NCBI RefSeq assembly: GCF_006345805.1
Contig: NC_043003.1
Location: 84,506,001-84,570,000 of the forward strand
Direction of reading: 5' to 3'
Length of the DNA: 64,000 bases
Origin: Octopus sinensis
Taxonomy: Eukaryota
Shown: positions 12,609 through 26,340 of the stretch, one piece after another
How positions within the stretch are numbered: position 1 is the first letter of the stretch
How the letters are laid out: the number at the start of each line of letters is the position of its first letter
Program-made: the position numbers and the translations under genes
The notes under the pieces: generated by a model
Told to the model about the DNA's origin: nothing
Database searches by the model: none
Seen by the model: the letters and a program-made list of their open reading frames with translations, nothing else

Positions 12609-14579
12609 AGTAGTAGTAGTAGTAGTAGTAGTAGTATTTTGGGTGGACGGGTTGTATTAGTAGCAGTGATGATGGCGACGGCGAAGTAGTAGAGATAAAG
12701 ACAGGAAATTTAAAATGCTATGCGGACTATTAATCCCGGGTCAATAAGTCAATGGTTTGTAACTTTAACTAAACTGAACTGGTGGTGTTAATCTGTTTGC
12801 TGTGTATGTGGGAGTACAGGCGTGTATATGTTGGTGTGGGAGAGAGCGAGAGAGAGAGAGAGAGGGGTGGAGCGTACGTGTGAGAGGGAGAAAGAGAGAA
12901 TTGTGTAATGTGTGTGTATATGAGATGCGTATTTTATGAGCATGATGCTTGAAATAATAGCTACGATATGGATGAAATGCAGGCAGGTCTACAGTCTGCT
13001 AGAAACAGCAACCAAATCACACTGAAATCACGCCAAATCTTACAAAAAAAATTATATATTGGAGATTGTAGTCCACAATATATAGAAAGGCAGGATGGTC
13101 ATAGTTGGAATATTTTTTTACCATATGACTGCTTTGTGATGACTAACTTGATACTAATAAGTACCAGCAACAACATGAGCACTTCAAGAATTCAGGACTA
13201 ACAAACCTTATTAATGCAGCTATTTCAAACATTGTTATTTAATTTCTCTTTGAGAGACGCATTGTATTCTACTGAGGATCAACTTTGAATTTCATTATTC
13301 TAAGGTCGATAAAGAAAGTACCAGTAATTTGCTGCTAGCGTAGGTTTAATCGACTGTTATCACGCTTGCTAAATTTGAGGTCTTGTACCTATGTTAGAAA
13401 TTAATATCCGAAACATAAAAAAAAAAAAATTACAAGACGCCATATTTATGAATCCTGATCATTTCCTGTGACATTCGCCATTTTTGGTCTTCCATTCAGC
13501 ACTAAACACGCACACTCATACAGGTGCGAATACACGCACACACGCACACACATAATTTACAGTCATATGGTAACATACATGTCTCCCACTTGCTTCTTAA
13601 CTATGATACTTGCCAAGGAATTTGATACCTCTATCGTAGACTCGGTCACCTCCCAACATTCCACACGTTGCATTTTAACAGATTAGCACTTATATATATA
13701 TATATATATGCTAATGATGTTATTAATATATGCATAAATCCTTTTGATGTACGTTTGGCAAAGATATCTAGCAACCTGTGTGTTACGTATGGATGTCTGC
13801 AAGTTACTGTTTAAAAGGTGTGGTAATAATAATGATAATAATAATTTAAAATGCACGGCTTGGTCATCACCTGTACATTCTTGAAATGCTAGTGCTATCA
13901 GTAAGAATTAGAACACCGTCCAGTAGAGATGTCGGCCACAGCAAACAACTCAATCTTTTGAACATGAGACGATAACGACATGAAAGTTAATATAGTCAGA
14001 AACAAAAAAAACGATACTACCCACTTGATTATTAAATTTGCATTAATATTAATAATATTCAATAAAGGATGGTTGGTTCAGCGCAGATATGGCGCCATGC
14101 TAGATTATTTACTGGCCTTTGCTGTGAGATATACATAGTTTTTTTTTTATTTTTAAATGTTGCAGCAGTTAACTTTGCATTTTATTTTCTCTAATAGGAA
14201 ACGATAAACTGGATAACTGAAAAGACACCAAGATAGATTTCATAAACTATAAATTATAAGAAAAGGAAGAGGGGATAACACTAAGTTTTTGTTTTAATTT
14301 TAGTTTTTTAGTCCGGGGGGTTTGGTGCGAAAGTTCGTTAGAAGAAAATAGTGCTTTAAGATGCGTATTTTTGTTGTTGTTGTTATTTTTGTGCAGGCGC
14401 TTTACATCTCCAGTTTCAAATTTCGATAGAAATAGCAGATACAAGAAGTAGAAATCAAAGCTTTATTGTTGAATCAATTGATGTAACAGTCATATAGTGG
14501 GTTAGTGGTATCCCCTAACCCGCTCGACCCAAAACAGCTGGCCTTGTGCTTAAAATAGAAACAAACCATTATCATTATA

Positions 14580-15004
14580 GGCGCAGGAGTGGCTGTGTGG
14601 TAAGTAACTTGCTAACCAACCACATGGTTCCGGGTTCAGTCCCACTGCGTGGCAACTTGGGCAAGTGTCTTCTGCTATAGCCCCGGGCCAACCAATGCCT
14701 TGTGAGTGGATTTGGTAGACGGAAACTGAAAGAAGCCTGTCGTATATATGTACATATATATATATGTATGTGTGTGTGTTTGTGTGTCTGTGTTTGTTCC
14801 CCTAGCATTGCTTGACAACCGATGCATGCTGGTGTGTTTACGTCCCCGTCACTAAGCGGTTCGACAAAAAGAGACCGATAGAATAAGTACTGGGCTTACA
14901 AAAAGAATAAGTCCCGGGGTCGAGTTGCTCGACTAAAGGCGGTGCTCCAGCATGGCCGCTGTCAAATGACTGAAACAAGTAAAAGAGTAAAAGAGTAAAG
15001 AGAG
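14580..15004 (+). mobile_element. SINE-A, full length (tRNA head, CORE-like block, internal TA/TG tract, (gtaaaaga)n tail)
   Basis: tggctgtgtggtaag A-box, ggttcagtccc B-box, cttgggcaagtgtctt, tail gtaaaagagtaaaagagtaaagag. Confidence 0.93.
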
Positions 15005-15129
15005 TTATTTCTCTTAATATATGACAGGCAAGTCTCAGAGACGTGTGACTTGTACGAAACAAATGATAACAAAAAACAAGGTACTCAGGGAAAAACATAC
15101 TGTTTTCAAATACAGTTTTTAGATTATTT

Positions 15130-15500
15130 TCTTCATGTGCCATGGCCACATTAACGGTCATTAGCCTTTACCCACCCACACCGCCCTTCCTACACAACTT
15201 ACTATGTGATAGAGTCTGTCTTTCTGCAACCATTTGGCAAAACCATGGAATATCACTGTTTTCCTCGGTTTCTCTTCTTCCTTCCACTATCACTGGTTTC
15301 CACCAAGTGTTCATGGTTTTGTCTCCTCAAGTGATGTCTGATGAGCGAATGAACTTAGGTTGCTGCCTACTTATGTCATTGAGAAGTTTTCCAGTGGTTT
15401 CTGCAAGTCTAAATCTTAAATATTTGTCATTGTTTATACAGAACACCTTTAGTGGTCGTCCAAGGAACCACATCTCTGCAGTGTTGTTAAGCTTTTGCAC
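15130..15500 (-). mobile_element. RTE-clade LINE 3' fragment, decayed
   Basis: KLNNTAEMWFLGRPLKV..LAETTGKLLNDISRQQPKF..VEGRR matches the RTE C-terminal AEMWFLRRML..RQLKF.GH..IEG.R pattern. Confidence 0.75.
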
Positions 15501-15764
15501 TAGTCTGCAGACACAACTATAAATCTGCAGGCACAACTATAAAAAAGGATCGAGCTCTAGATTTATTCCAAGAATAATTTCTCTCACTCTCGTAGACAGC
15601 CGTTTCTTTGATAATATATATTTGATCTTAACAAGAGCACCTTATATACTCTGGAACACACCAAACGCAAACTTTGCCTCGGTGAAATAGTAACTTGTAA
15701 CAATTAGGTCACAAACAAAGTAACAAACGGATTAACAAATTAATTTCAATATTTTATCACAGCT

Positions 15765-16195
15765 TAAGGCAGCGCGCAGGCAGAATCGTTAGCACTCCGG
15801 TGAAAATGCTTAGTGGTATTTCTTCTGCCTCTACCTTCTGTGTTCAAATTCCGCTGAGTCTTTCTGGGTCGATAAAATAAGTACCAGTTGAGCACTGAGG
15901 TCGACTTACCCCCGCTCCCGAACTTGCTGGCCTTGCACCAGAATTTCAAATCAATAGTTTACTACGGCTTAGGGAGTCGAGCTGGTACAATCGTTAGCAC
16001 GCCGGGCATAATGCTTAGTGGCATTTCGTCCGTTTTCCCGTTTTGAGTTCAAATCCCGCCGAGGTCGACTTAGCTTTTCATCCTTTCGGGGTTGATAAAA
16101 TAAGTACCAGCTGAATATTGGGGTCGATGTAATAGGCTTATCCCACGCCCATATGAAACTTCTGGCCTTGTGCCAAAATTTGAAACCAATATTTT
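15765..16195 (+). mobile_element. Two tandem SINE-B copies
   Basis: Two heads (15765, about 15970), each with B-box and ggccttg...aatttcaaa/aatttgaaa tail. Confidence 0.85.
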
Positions 16196-18420
16196 ATTGC
16201 AACCTTTCTTGAGAAGCGGAGGCGTGAGACATTTCTCATTATTAGGCATGCTGCACTACTAAAAGCATTCAAGTCAATTTTAACGTAAGATGTGCCATTC
16301 ACAAAGTGCCGCGGGCTACAGTTTGTCTATGACTGTATCAACCTGAAGCTAGACACTAGTCCAGCTAAGGATACGCTAAAATTGCCAATTGTTTTTTTTT
16401 TAACTAAACGATTAAACTTTATCAAGCATCGCCAATTTTCTATTTCAGTGTATGGCATAAAACTAGAATGGTATTCTTTACTTTGTTTTAGTTACCACAA
16501 CTAAAGCCATGCTGTGACAGCAGTAGATATTTTATAGGCTGGTGGGAAATAATACAGTTTTATTTTCAACGAACAATATAACATTTTTTAAAACTATAGG
16601 AGAATCAAATGAGTTATAGTTTGTAGTTACGTCCCTTTAGTGATAGGATTCCATTAAAGTTGATTTTCGTATATAAAATGAGGTAAAATTTATGAACCTC
16701 GATAACAACTGCATCTGTCCTTTTCAGTTTCTGCATGAATAGTTTTTGTCTCTCAATTTCTCTAACTGCTTTATCTGTGTCTTTCCCCCGTCACTAATTC
16801 TTGGTCTCACGCAATCGATTTTATAAATATATCTTGCTATAGCACTCAACAACGTTTGATTTGTTTACAAATAACTGATAATATGCGAGATTTTTTTTAA
16901 TATATCAACGTTGTTGTTGAATTCTGCTCACACGAATAGCTATTACAATAGATTATAATGTATGGAATCTAGGAAAAGCCATTATCGGTTCACTATGTTT
17001 AAAATAACTGACCTCAGCTAACATTAAATATGCGTGTATATGTATGTGTGCATGTGTGTGTGTGCACGCACACATATATATGCAGATATTCATATATATC
17101 TGTGTGTATATATATAATTATATACATTTATATGAGAAAGATAATCAGCAAAAAGTGTGAAAATCATTTTATTTTATTTATTTTTGTTGACGTCTAATGC
17201 AAGGTTCTTACTGAAGAATACATTATTGAGAATAGAATAGACATACTTCAAACTACTGTAAACGTATGTTTTCCAAAAGACTTGTACGAAATGAGAAATT
17301 GTGTGAATAAATGGGTTTCTTACTTTCAGTAAAAATCTCTCGATTCATTGTCGCACGCCATTTGTTCCATTGAAACAGTTACAAATGCGGAAATCTTGTT
17401 GGCTTTATTGACCGAATCTGCCTTTTGTATCCATACATCTAACAAATGGCGCATTCTCTAAAATTGCACTTCTGGTACTCTCATTTAATTTCTTTGATGT
17501 TTTGCAAAGAACGACAAAAGGAACAAATGTGATTGGTTGCAAAAGCTTAAGAATGAACCCGGGTGAGAAAGGTGAACAGTTTCCTTTACGTAAGACCAGA
17601 ACTAGTGCTGGTGTCTGGAAAGAAAGATAAATCTTACAACGAATTCTGTTGTAGTAGTAGTAGTAGTAATAGTAGTAGCAGCAGAGGCGGCGGTGGTGGC
17701 AGTAGTAGTAGTAGTAGTTTCTTAGCCCCAGGTCAGCCCTGATCGAGCAGATCAAGGATCAAGATCATTCCAGTTTTCGTCATCCTGTCTTTCTAAGAGT
17801 AGCTAGGAATACATCATCTAATGTGTCCTTTTTGTATAAGGTGAAGTAGTTAAGAATGCGGGCTATATTGAAGATACGAGCTGAAGTGAACACATAATAA
17901 AGTGAACATAATAAAGTGAACATAATGAAGTGAACAAATAATAAATTTTCTTCATTGATATATATACAATATTATTAAGCCCAAGGGTACCAAAACGTAC
18001 GTTAATGGTAGTAATATCCCAGCTAGTAATGTATGTTGTAGGATGGTTTAACATAACATGAGTTATCTCGTATCAACAAGTTCCAACGGTAGTCAACTGT
18101 CTGCCTAGATATGGCATCCGTAAGATGCCATTTAATTTTCTTTACGTTTTAGAAAATTCTATAATATCGAGCAGATTATTGATTAATTAACTAAAAAATG
18201 AATTAATTAGGGGAAACAGCTAATGACGCTAAGTACACACCATTTAATAGGAGTTTAGTGGCCCTGCTTTATTGGAAAACGCAAATCAATGCAAATGACA
18301 TTGAATATTTGTAGCAGAGTAGCAATATTTGAAAAGGAATAAAAGAAAATAGGAAAGCAGAAAAACAGATAATGAAATCTGCCTCTCCTGTTATGTCTCA
18401 CACACACACAAACACACATA

Positions 18421-18745
18421 GCTCAGTGGTTAGATCATCAAGCTTACGATCGTGAGGTTGTGAGCTCGAATCCCGGACCGGGCTGCGTGTTGTGTTCTTG
18501 CGCAAGACTCTTTATTTCACGTTGCTTCAGTTCTCTCAGCTTCAGAAATGAGTTGCGACGTCACAGGTGCCAAGTTGTATCGGCCTTTGCCTTTCCCTTG
18601 GATGACACTGGTGGCGTGGAAAGGGGAGGCCGGTATGCATGGGTGACTACTGGTCTTCCATAAACAACCTTGCCCGGACTTGTGCCTGGGAGGGTAGCTT
18701 TCTAGGTGCAATCCCATGGTCTGTGTCGTGACCGAAGGGGGGCTC
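18421..18745 (+). mobile_element. SINE-C, tail type i
   Basis: gctcagtggttaga..gagctcgaatcccggaccgg; tail shared with the 11661 copy. Confidence 0.85.
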
Positions 18746-18857
18746 AGAAGATATATATATATATATATATACATAAAAGCAAATATTTATTTGCTTTTAT
18801 GTATAATTTTCCCTCACGGGCTATTCTTTACTGGAAAGCAATACTTTCGTATTGCAT

Positions 18858-18900
<43 letters not shown>

Positions 18901-18903
18901 ATA

Positions 18904-19027
18904 CAGGATTTAAATATGAGCTACTCTAAATATTATATTCCCATTGTATTGTATTCGAGTGAGCTTGTATATCTGATTATTATACTGTCGTTGCATGAAA
19001 CTTATAGGAGCTCATATTTAAATTCTG
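18904..19027. mobile_element. Small Tc1/mariner-type MITE
   Basis: TIR caggatttaaatatgagct / agctcatatttaaattctg (1 mismatch); left flank TA at end of (TA)n, right flank TG. Confidence 0.55.
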
Positions 19028-19128
19028 TGCTTATTTAATTATAATTATCTCTCGTTACAAGGAGTACTTTTTTATCCTACCAATAATGGAATAGTAAATA
19101 CACTGTGTGTGTGTGTGTGTGTGTGTGT

Positions 19129-19169
19129 GTAGCTTATGAAGTGTAACGACGCAGAAGCGCCTGTCCTAC
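19129..19169 (+). ncRNA. Degenerate minimal hammerhead motif
   Basis: gtag CTTATGA agtgt-aacg-acgca GAAG cgcctg TC ctac; two core substitutions; follows (TG)n. Confidence 0.4.
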
Positions 19170-19759
19170 TGTCCGATAATATAATTATTGGATTTTACAT
19201 AACCCAGCTGCGAGTTTATTAAGCGCACATATACACACATTTATATATATATATGAAAGAGAATTTCTCTCGCGAAACAATTTCTGTAGCAAACGTCTTT
19301 CCACGTTTGCGTGTACACGAATGTGTTGAATATATAAAATACATGCAATGAATAAAACATCCCCTAATACTCAGGATACAGAGTAAGCATGATTCTTACA
19401 TACATTTTCTTTAACTCTCGTGATAATATCCTTTCTCAATAATTCATTTCTTTCCAGAGCTACATGGTGTACCTTTCTTTCCATTTCCCGCTCTCATAAT
19501 TCTACTACTGCACAGACCGCTAATTCTGTGCCAGTCTTCCAAAATCCTTCTTTGTTTCTCTTCTATATTCTTCCAAACTATAACAATAGAAGCCATATAA
19601 CTATTTAAAAGCAAAATCAACAACATTAATTTTCCCCAATTATTTCCCCCAACGACTCAGCTTTCAGAGATGAAGGAGGGTAGTTTTGATAAGATTATGA
19701 GTTGTCTTTATCTCTTTATAGCAGATAAAAGAAACTATTAAAAAAAAAAAAAACCGATA

Positions 19760-20000
19760 AAAGGTTCTTCCCGAGCCATAGGCTCATAAGGCTGTTTCCC
19801 GGATTTTGTGGTGTTTATTTTTCCCAGTGGACGGGAGGCCGGTCCGTCGCGGGTTTGCTCATTTTTGCCAGTTGAGTGGACTGGAGTAACGTAAAATTAA
19901 GTATTTTGCTCAATAACTTAACACATGGCCGGGTCCAGGAATTGAAAGCACAATCTTATGATCATGAGTGCAACGTCCTAACCACTAAGCAAAGCGCCTT
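19760..20000 (-). mobile_element. SINE-C, tail type iii
   Basis: tRNA head at 19930-20000 and CORE-like block; tail differs from types i and ii. Confidence 0.75.
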
Positions 20001-20922
20001 TATAGTAAATTAATGGCACACTGATAAATTTCGCTTTTCAATTGTCTCGGATACATGCTTGTATTAAAAGGGAATGTTTATGAGAAAGAGGGACAAACAC
20101 ATAAAGAGAGAGAGAGAGAGCGTAGAAGCACATGTAAAATATTCAAATAAATGATCTCATAGAGACAATTGCACTGAGCTATGTGTAGGGGATTTTAAAG
20201 TGAATAGGGGGGTCATAGAAGTAGGGTGGTTAGCTTTACACTAACAAGTGATAACGTCTCATGCTTTTGGCTGTAAGGGATGGTAGGAATATAGTCCACT
20301 GATAAGTGCAGACGTCCGAGTATGATACGGCTACACGAAACCTTATTTTCATGTAAGAATTTGAAACCCGAGTTCACACACACAAATGCGCGCGCACGAA
20401 AATAAAAGAATAAATAAAATTCCAATGAATGATATAAATGGTTCCATCAATTTCTTTTACTAGTCTATTAATATCTCATTGCAAAGATATAGGAATATAA
20501 TTACCATTCCTTTATAGCCAAACAACAACAACAACAAACCTAGATTCCACAGTCACACGTTATACTTTTGTTTCCGATTTAATAGCCTGTTGTTTTTGTT
20601 GTTTGCTGCAGTTTAATCTGTATTGTTCTGGGAAAAATTTCGTTTGTTCTTGCAATATTTGTTAAACAACAATACCTCCTCCGCAATAAAACAATAAAAT
20701 CTTTATAACATCATCATCAGTATACGGTTTAAAGAAAAAATATTCATCGCTGGAATTGTTAGATCAAATTATTGAGTTGTAAAATAACACAAGAATCAGG
20801 TTTTTGTCAACCTCGTTTCAAGCTGATGTAAGAGGACCCGGGCCTCAAATCATGGAGACTAAATTACACGCAGCGTGTGTGTGTGTGTATATGTGTGTGT
20901 GTTTTATGTAGTGTAAGCATTA

Positions 20923-21300
20923 CTGTGTGGATAATAAGCTCGCTTTGCAACACGCAGTGTCGGGTTCAGCCCTCACTCACCACAGTTCCTTGGGCAAGTG
21001 TCTTCTACCATACATCCAGGCCGACCAATATCTTAAGAGTGGATTTTGTAAACGAAAACTGTGCGGAAGCCCGTCATATATGTGCGTATATGTATGTATG
21101 TATGTATGGGCGCGTGATTGTCTACCTTAGTACCACCCCCACTGCTTGACAAACCGTTGATTTGTTTATATACTCGTAACTTAGCGGTTCGGCAAAAGTG
21201 ACCGACAGAACAAGTACTGGGTTCGACTTGTTCGACTAAACCCTTCAAAACTGTGCCCCAGCATGGTCGCAGTACAATGACAGAAACAAGTAAAAAGATT
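20923..21300 (+). mobile_element. SINE-A, diverged
   Basis: cttgggcaagtgtcttctac..taacttagcggttcggcaaaag..ccagcatgg..aacaagtaaaa. Confidence 0.8.
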
Positions 21301-21590
21301 GAGACATCGTCATAAACTGAAAGAAGAAAACAAGCGTAATATGATAACCAAATAACTGAATAGTTAAAACACACACAGGTGAGAGGTGATATAAGGGGCC
21401 GATTGTATACAGCGATAGAAGTGGGTGTAAGGAATGTAATATCAGTCTTTTGAAGGTGGCAAGAAATGGAATGTTGAATATTCATATTGTTATATTCAAG
21501 CAAAAAAATATTACTACAACGGCAGCCTTTTATATGGTGTCTCTTTGGCTAGCTCTGCAAACATTTATACATATTAGAGAAAAAAAGGCT

Positions 21591-21634
<44 letters not shown>

Positions 21635-21807
21635 TGTGTGTGTGTGTGTGCGTGTGCATGCGTACGTGCGCGTGAGGTGAGGGTACTCTTCATTTTCAAC
21701 CATCTGGTTTTGCAAACAAATCTATTTCAGATTAGAAAACATGTTAGAAATTACACTAGTACATATTCAGCTACAACTACGGAGAGAACACCCCCTTCTC
21801 TCTTTCA

Positions 21808-21848
<41 letters not shown>

Positions 21849-22265
21849 ACTCACGCACTCACACAAGAAGGGGGAGGAGATGTATGTGTGTCGGTATAAA
21901 TGCATACATACATACATACATAAAAAATATAGGTATACATGCATATATATGTGTGTGTGTGTGTATGCGTGTGTTTGAGTGTGTGTGTGCATGTGTGCCA
22001 GAATGTACGTGTGTATGTGTGTGTACGCTCTCACACACACACGTTTTCAAACTCCTGAACACACACATACAGACAGGCGTACACACGCACACACACACAC
22101 AAACATACAGTCTGACGTATTCTGTTTTGACATTACAGATTTAGGGAGCCAAAAATATTTTAAAACGATAAACACAAGAAATTCTTGGAAGATGTATAAT
22201 AATAACAACTATCACTCTCTACAATCTGTTGCTGCTTTGTGAAGTGTCGTCTTTGTTGTTGTTTT

Positions 22266-22299
<34 letters not shown>

Positions 22300-22494
22300 G
22301 GTGGTGGTGCATGCATCTAAAGACAGCACCTAACTACTTACCTACCTACCTACCCACCTAACTACAGATGCATAAATATATCGTCATTTGATAGTATACG
22401 TGTTGAAATGTCTATATGTCTAAATAGTTGAGATACTGTTAAAACATCCATGTCAACCACTGCAATTGGTGTTGGTAGACATGAAACTAGAAGA

Positions 22495-22561
<67 letters not shown>

Positions 22562-22771
22562 GTTTCTTTATTAACCATTATGGATAGCACAGGACAAAAC
22601 AAAGAATGTGTGTGTGTATCTGTGTGTTTGTTGTGTTGTGAGGGTTTTGCGTGTAAACAAGACTAATCCTTTCTACTAAAGGCTCAAGGCCCAAAATTTG
22701 GGAGGTGGGGAGTAGTCAATTACATAATAATAATGATAATAATAATAATAATAATAATAATAATAGTAATA

Positions 22772-23098
22772 AGGATATGGGAATGACAGCAAAAGGGGCT
22801 GATTGCTACCTAACTCAGATACCAGGAAACCCAAAAATGTCAGAAATTCAAAAGATAGTGCTCATGGGAACTGTTCATATCCTACGCAAAATACTTTCTA
22901 TGTAATCTCAAGTTTTAAAACAAACATAACTTTCGTATGGTTTTTTAGGCATTTACTAGTACAACACTAAGTACAAAACCAAATATATGGCACCCTAGGC
23001 ATAACACCAGCATGAACTTCCAACTTGTTGTCTCTTGAGGTCTCTAGGTGAGACTTGGAGCCAGTTTGTGCAAATGTAAAGCAAAAGTCAAACATAGA
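22772..23098 (+). mobile_element. R4/Dong-like (RLE) LINE 3' end inserted in (TAA)n
   Basis: GMTAKGADCYLTQIPGNPKMSEIQKIVLMGTVHILRKILSM* (stop 22903-22905) has the QKxxLxGTxxILR motif; (taa)n on both sides. Confidence 0.8.
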
Positions 23099-23249
23099 AT
23101 AATAATAATAATCCTTTCTACAATAGGCAGAGGGTCTGAAATTTTCTTTTGAGTGTGAAATAGTCGATTGCGTCGACGCCCCCCCCCCCGCACTTAACTG
23201 GTACTTATTTAATCGACCCCGAAAGGATGAAAGGCAAAACCGACCTCGT

Positions 23250-23740
23250 GGGGGAACCCACAAGAAACACGGTTGCCTTGACCACTAAGACAAATGCCTT
23301 GTCCAAGATGTCATCCAATCTACAGGCGCATAGGCAAAGCAAACCCGTTCATTCGGATCATCTTTTCAACTCTTATTCACCCATCAAAGACTTTGATAGA
23401 AGACATAATTTCACGCTCAATCTCAGTTTTCGTTTCATGTGATCAAAGAGAAAGATATCTGTCTTCAGCCCTTTCGCACTCGTCCATCCAACAACGTCTT
23501 TTATCAAAGCCACCAGGGCGGATAGAAGCAACCTGTCCTTCTCGACCAAAAGAAGGCGGCAGCACGACCTTAAAAAACAGACTCATCTGGTAACGGGATC
23601 AGTCCTACACGTGACAGCAGATGTTCGATATACCTCCAAATCAGCAATGCTTGGGCATTGGACAAGTGCGTGCAGAAAGGTTTCGTTACCCAGCGTGCAT
23701 CTCGAACCAGCTTCCTTGACAGTACTTCCCTGTTGTGACT
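23250..23740 (-). mobile_element. L1/Tx1-like LINE 3' end, decayed CCHC zinc knuckle
   Basis: GSRCTLGNETFLHALVQCPSIADL/IEHLLSRVG/VLPPSFGREGQ/LVALIKDVVGWTSAKGLKTD/..MIRMNGFALPMRL* across frameshifts. Confidence 0.75.
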
Positions 23741-23819
23741 CGAATTGGCAATGACACCTGTATTACTATTAGGCTATACTATTTTTTATTCATTAGAAAA
23801 GAGAGTAGCAAAGAATATT

Positions 23820-24495
23820 ACAAAGATAGAGGTATACTTATCTCATTATACACAAATGTATTCGGAACATGGTTTTCATGGTTGTTAATGCGAAAACGCT
23901 TCCACCGTTGTTACCTCTGGCCTTCTTCAGGTTCCTGTCATAATCAGAAACGTTCTTGAAATTTTGAACTGTATCCCTTATTTAATCTACGAGGGTATTT
24001 CCATTTTGTTCCCTATACCAGGGATATATTCCTATAAGTTGTTCTCCTGTCAGAAAAAAGTATTAGATCTGTGGTTTGTCCCCCATTCATACAGTCTTCA
24101 AAAGCAACTCTATTCTTTCGGAAACATCTCCCTTGAACAAAGTTTTTACTAGAAAAGATCAAAAAGACTAAGAACTGTGTGTATTACACCCCACGAAGTT
24201 GTCATAGTGAATATAAAGGCGAAAACAACCAGCCCTTGAAATGAGGTAAGTATTGTAAAGCAGCCATCCGAGGGGACACAGAAAAACAAAGAATGGCTAA
24301 TTGCTTGTGAAGTGCAAAATGAAGTCACCAATACTTGTACGACAAAGTCAAGCGAGTTCTATATTTAAGAGATGAGGAATTATGTACATTATTTAAATTA
24401 TGTAAATAATGTAAATAAAGTCAAGAGATTAGAGCAACACTGGAAAATAAAAACAACTGAAACGCATATGCGGGATTTTGATAATCACTTAGATC
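23820..24495 (+). mobile_element. Penelope-like element remnant (GIY-YIG endonuclease), decayed
   Basis: IHTVFKSNSIL; KTKNCVYYTPRSCHSEYKGENNQPLK at 24164-24241; KAAIRGDTEK; YDKVK..EQHWKIK..HM; inverted hammerhead-like remnant at 23895-23935. Confidence 0.75.
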
Positions 24496-24990
24496 TCTTA
24501 GGATATTGATGAACAGAATGTAGGGAGCTTTAATTCAGGGAGAAACAACATTAAACCTCCGACCATAAAAGAGTTAGGTTTAAAGTCCCTAATTCCATTA
24601 GCTAATAGTCCTACTGGACACTGAGATAATGGATGCATGCAATGATTAAGTGTTAAGCTTAGCTAGTGAGCTAAATCCCTGGATCAGACAATCAAATATA
24701 TACTCTGTGTCAAATGTCTCTCTCAAATGTCTCTCTATCTCCCACATATATTGTCTGAGGATTTGCAAAGAGACAAAGAGATTAGAGATGGTTATAGGTC
24801 AAGCTGATAGTAGGTTGAAGATTCACTTCCTGTACATTTGACACTGTGAGATGTTATTGGCAATTCTTCTAAATAAGAATAATGTTTTGGCCTAGAAATT
24901 AGGTAGTCTAGAATTACTTTCCTCTATAGAATCAGTTCCTGTCCTCTGTAGCATTGTACGTCATTGACAATGAGTTCTGGTGGTTTCTGA
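24490..24990 (-). mobile_element. Possible decayed CR1-like LINE 3' region
   Basis: Scattered LDY.., SLQILRQYMWEI, NSFMVGGLMLFLP resemble CR1 C-terminal blocks. Confidence 0.35.
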
Positions 24991-25345
24991 CAATACAACA
25001 ATGAGAATATATATTTGTAATTGAGGAGAAAGAGCGGGAACAGTCAATAACATGAGGTTAATACACTATCTTCTAAGATTGGCACAAGGCCTCAATTAAT
25101 TTGACTCCGGAAGGATGAAAAGCAAAGCTGATCTTGGTGGGATTTGAAATCTGAACGTAAAAGTACACTGTTAAATACGGCAGTATACATTATGTAAGAT
25201 AGTGGATTGATAAAGTCGGTCGAGTGACGAACAAAATAATTGTATAATACGAGTGGTAACAACAAGCTCATTAATAAATGTTTCTATTTTTAACAGTATT
25301 TATTCCGTGCACCACACATAAAACTAAGTACAGTGCACCTTAATA

Positions 25346-25480
25346 GTGGTTTCAAGGCGTGCAATTTCAGGAGAAGGTTTATGTCGATTACATCGACCTC
25401 AGTGTTTAACTGGTAAAGATGGACAAAGTGCCGCTAAGCATTTTGCACGGCGTGCTAACAATTCTACCAGCTCACCGTCT
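25346..25480 (-). mobile_element. Internally deleted SINE-B with 17-bp TSD
   Basis: tacagtgcaccttaata at 25329-25345 and 25481-25497. Confidence 0.85.
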
Positions 25481-25589
25481 TACAGTGCACCTTAATATTA
25501 TTTGGTTCTAAGAAACGACTAGGAATACAGAGTTTCATTTTCAGGGGATTAATCAAAGAACGAGGATTGGTGTCCATGAATTTTAGAGA

Positions 25590-26340
25590 AATTTCAAAAT
25601 TGTTGAAATAGACATGGATAATGTTCTGTTTAAATGCCCGATGTTGATGCTTTCAAGAAAAGCATGGATAGATAGAAATCTGCAAAGGTTAGCAGTTTTC
25701 AATTGGAGGACTGATTGAGAATGAGCTTAATGCAAGATCTGAAGGTTAGATTTGGCAGAGATAATGGCAGGCGAGGTTGAAAGATCGGATAGTGGTGGTA
25801 GTGATGATGAAGAAAGTAATGTCTCGAATCCAAGGCTTTACAAAGCCAGATACCCGGGTAACCAGTTTCCACGGCGTATAAGTAACTGAGATTGTATTTT
25901 TAACCCTGAACGAGGGGTCAGGCCATCGCAGAGTACTCACAGCTGAGTGGACAGGAGCAATGTGAAATAAAGTTATTTGCTCAAGAACACAACACACCGC
26001 TCGGGTTGGGAATCGAAACTATCATCTTACAATCGTGAGTGCAACAGCTTAACCGCTAGTAAATGCGATCTCACTTTGTGGTGAAGAGGTTATGCATGAA
26101 AAGGTAGAGAGAAGGAACAGTGCCATGGCTAGTTTGAAGTCAAAGATTGGAGGCGAGATAATATTTGGCAATATGCTGAATGGAATTCTTTTGGATATAA
26201 TATCGATCATGTTTTTGAAAATGTTTTCGTATATTTATCTCGAAGTAACAGTACTCCAATATTTGTTTTACTTCAGTTTTGTAGAGATACGGCAAATGAT
26301 CAGAGCTGGAGTATTTTTTGTGCGTCCGTGCGAAAGTGAA
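25590..26340 (-). mobile_element. CR1/L2-like LINE 3' fragment split by a SINE-C (25830-26072, minus)
   Basis: ILEYC..LQSL..SFSL, then HAFLESINI/AFKQNII on the far side of the SINE. Confidence 0.55.

Noticed and set aside
17462-17482. miR-92-like aattgcactt
   Set aside because: Seed-length match only, no hairpin
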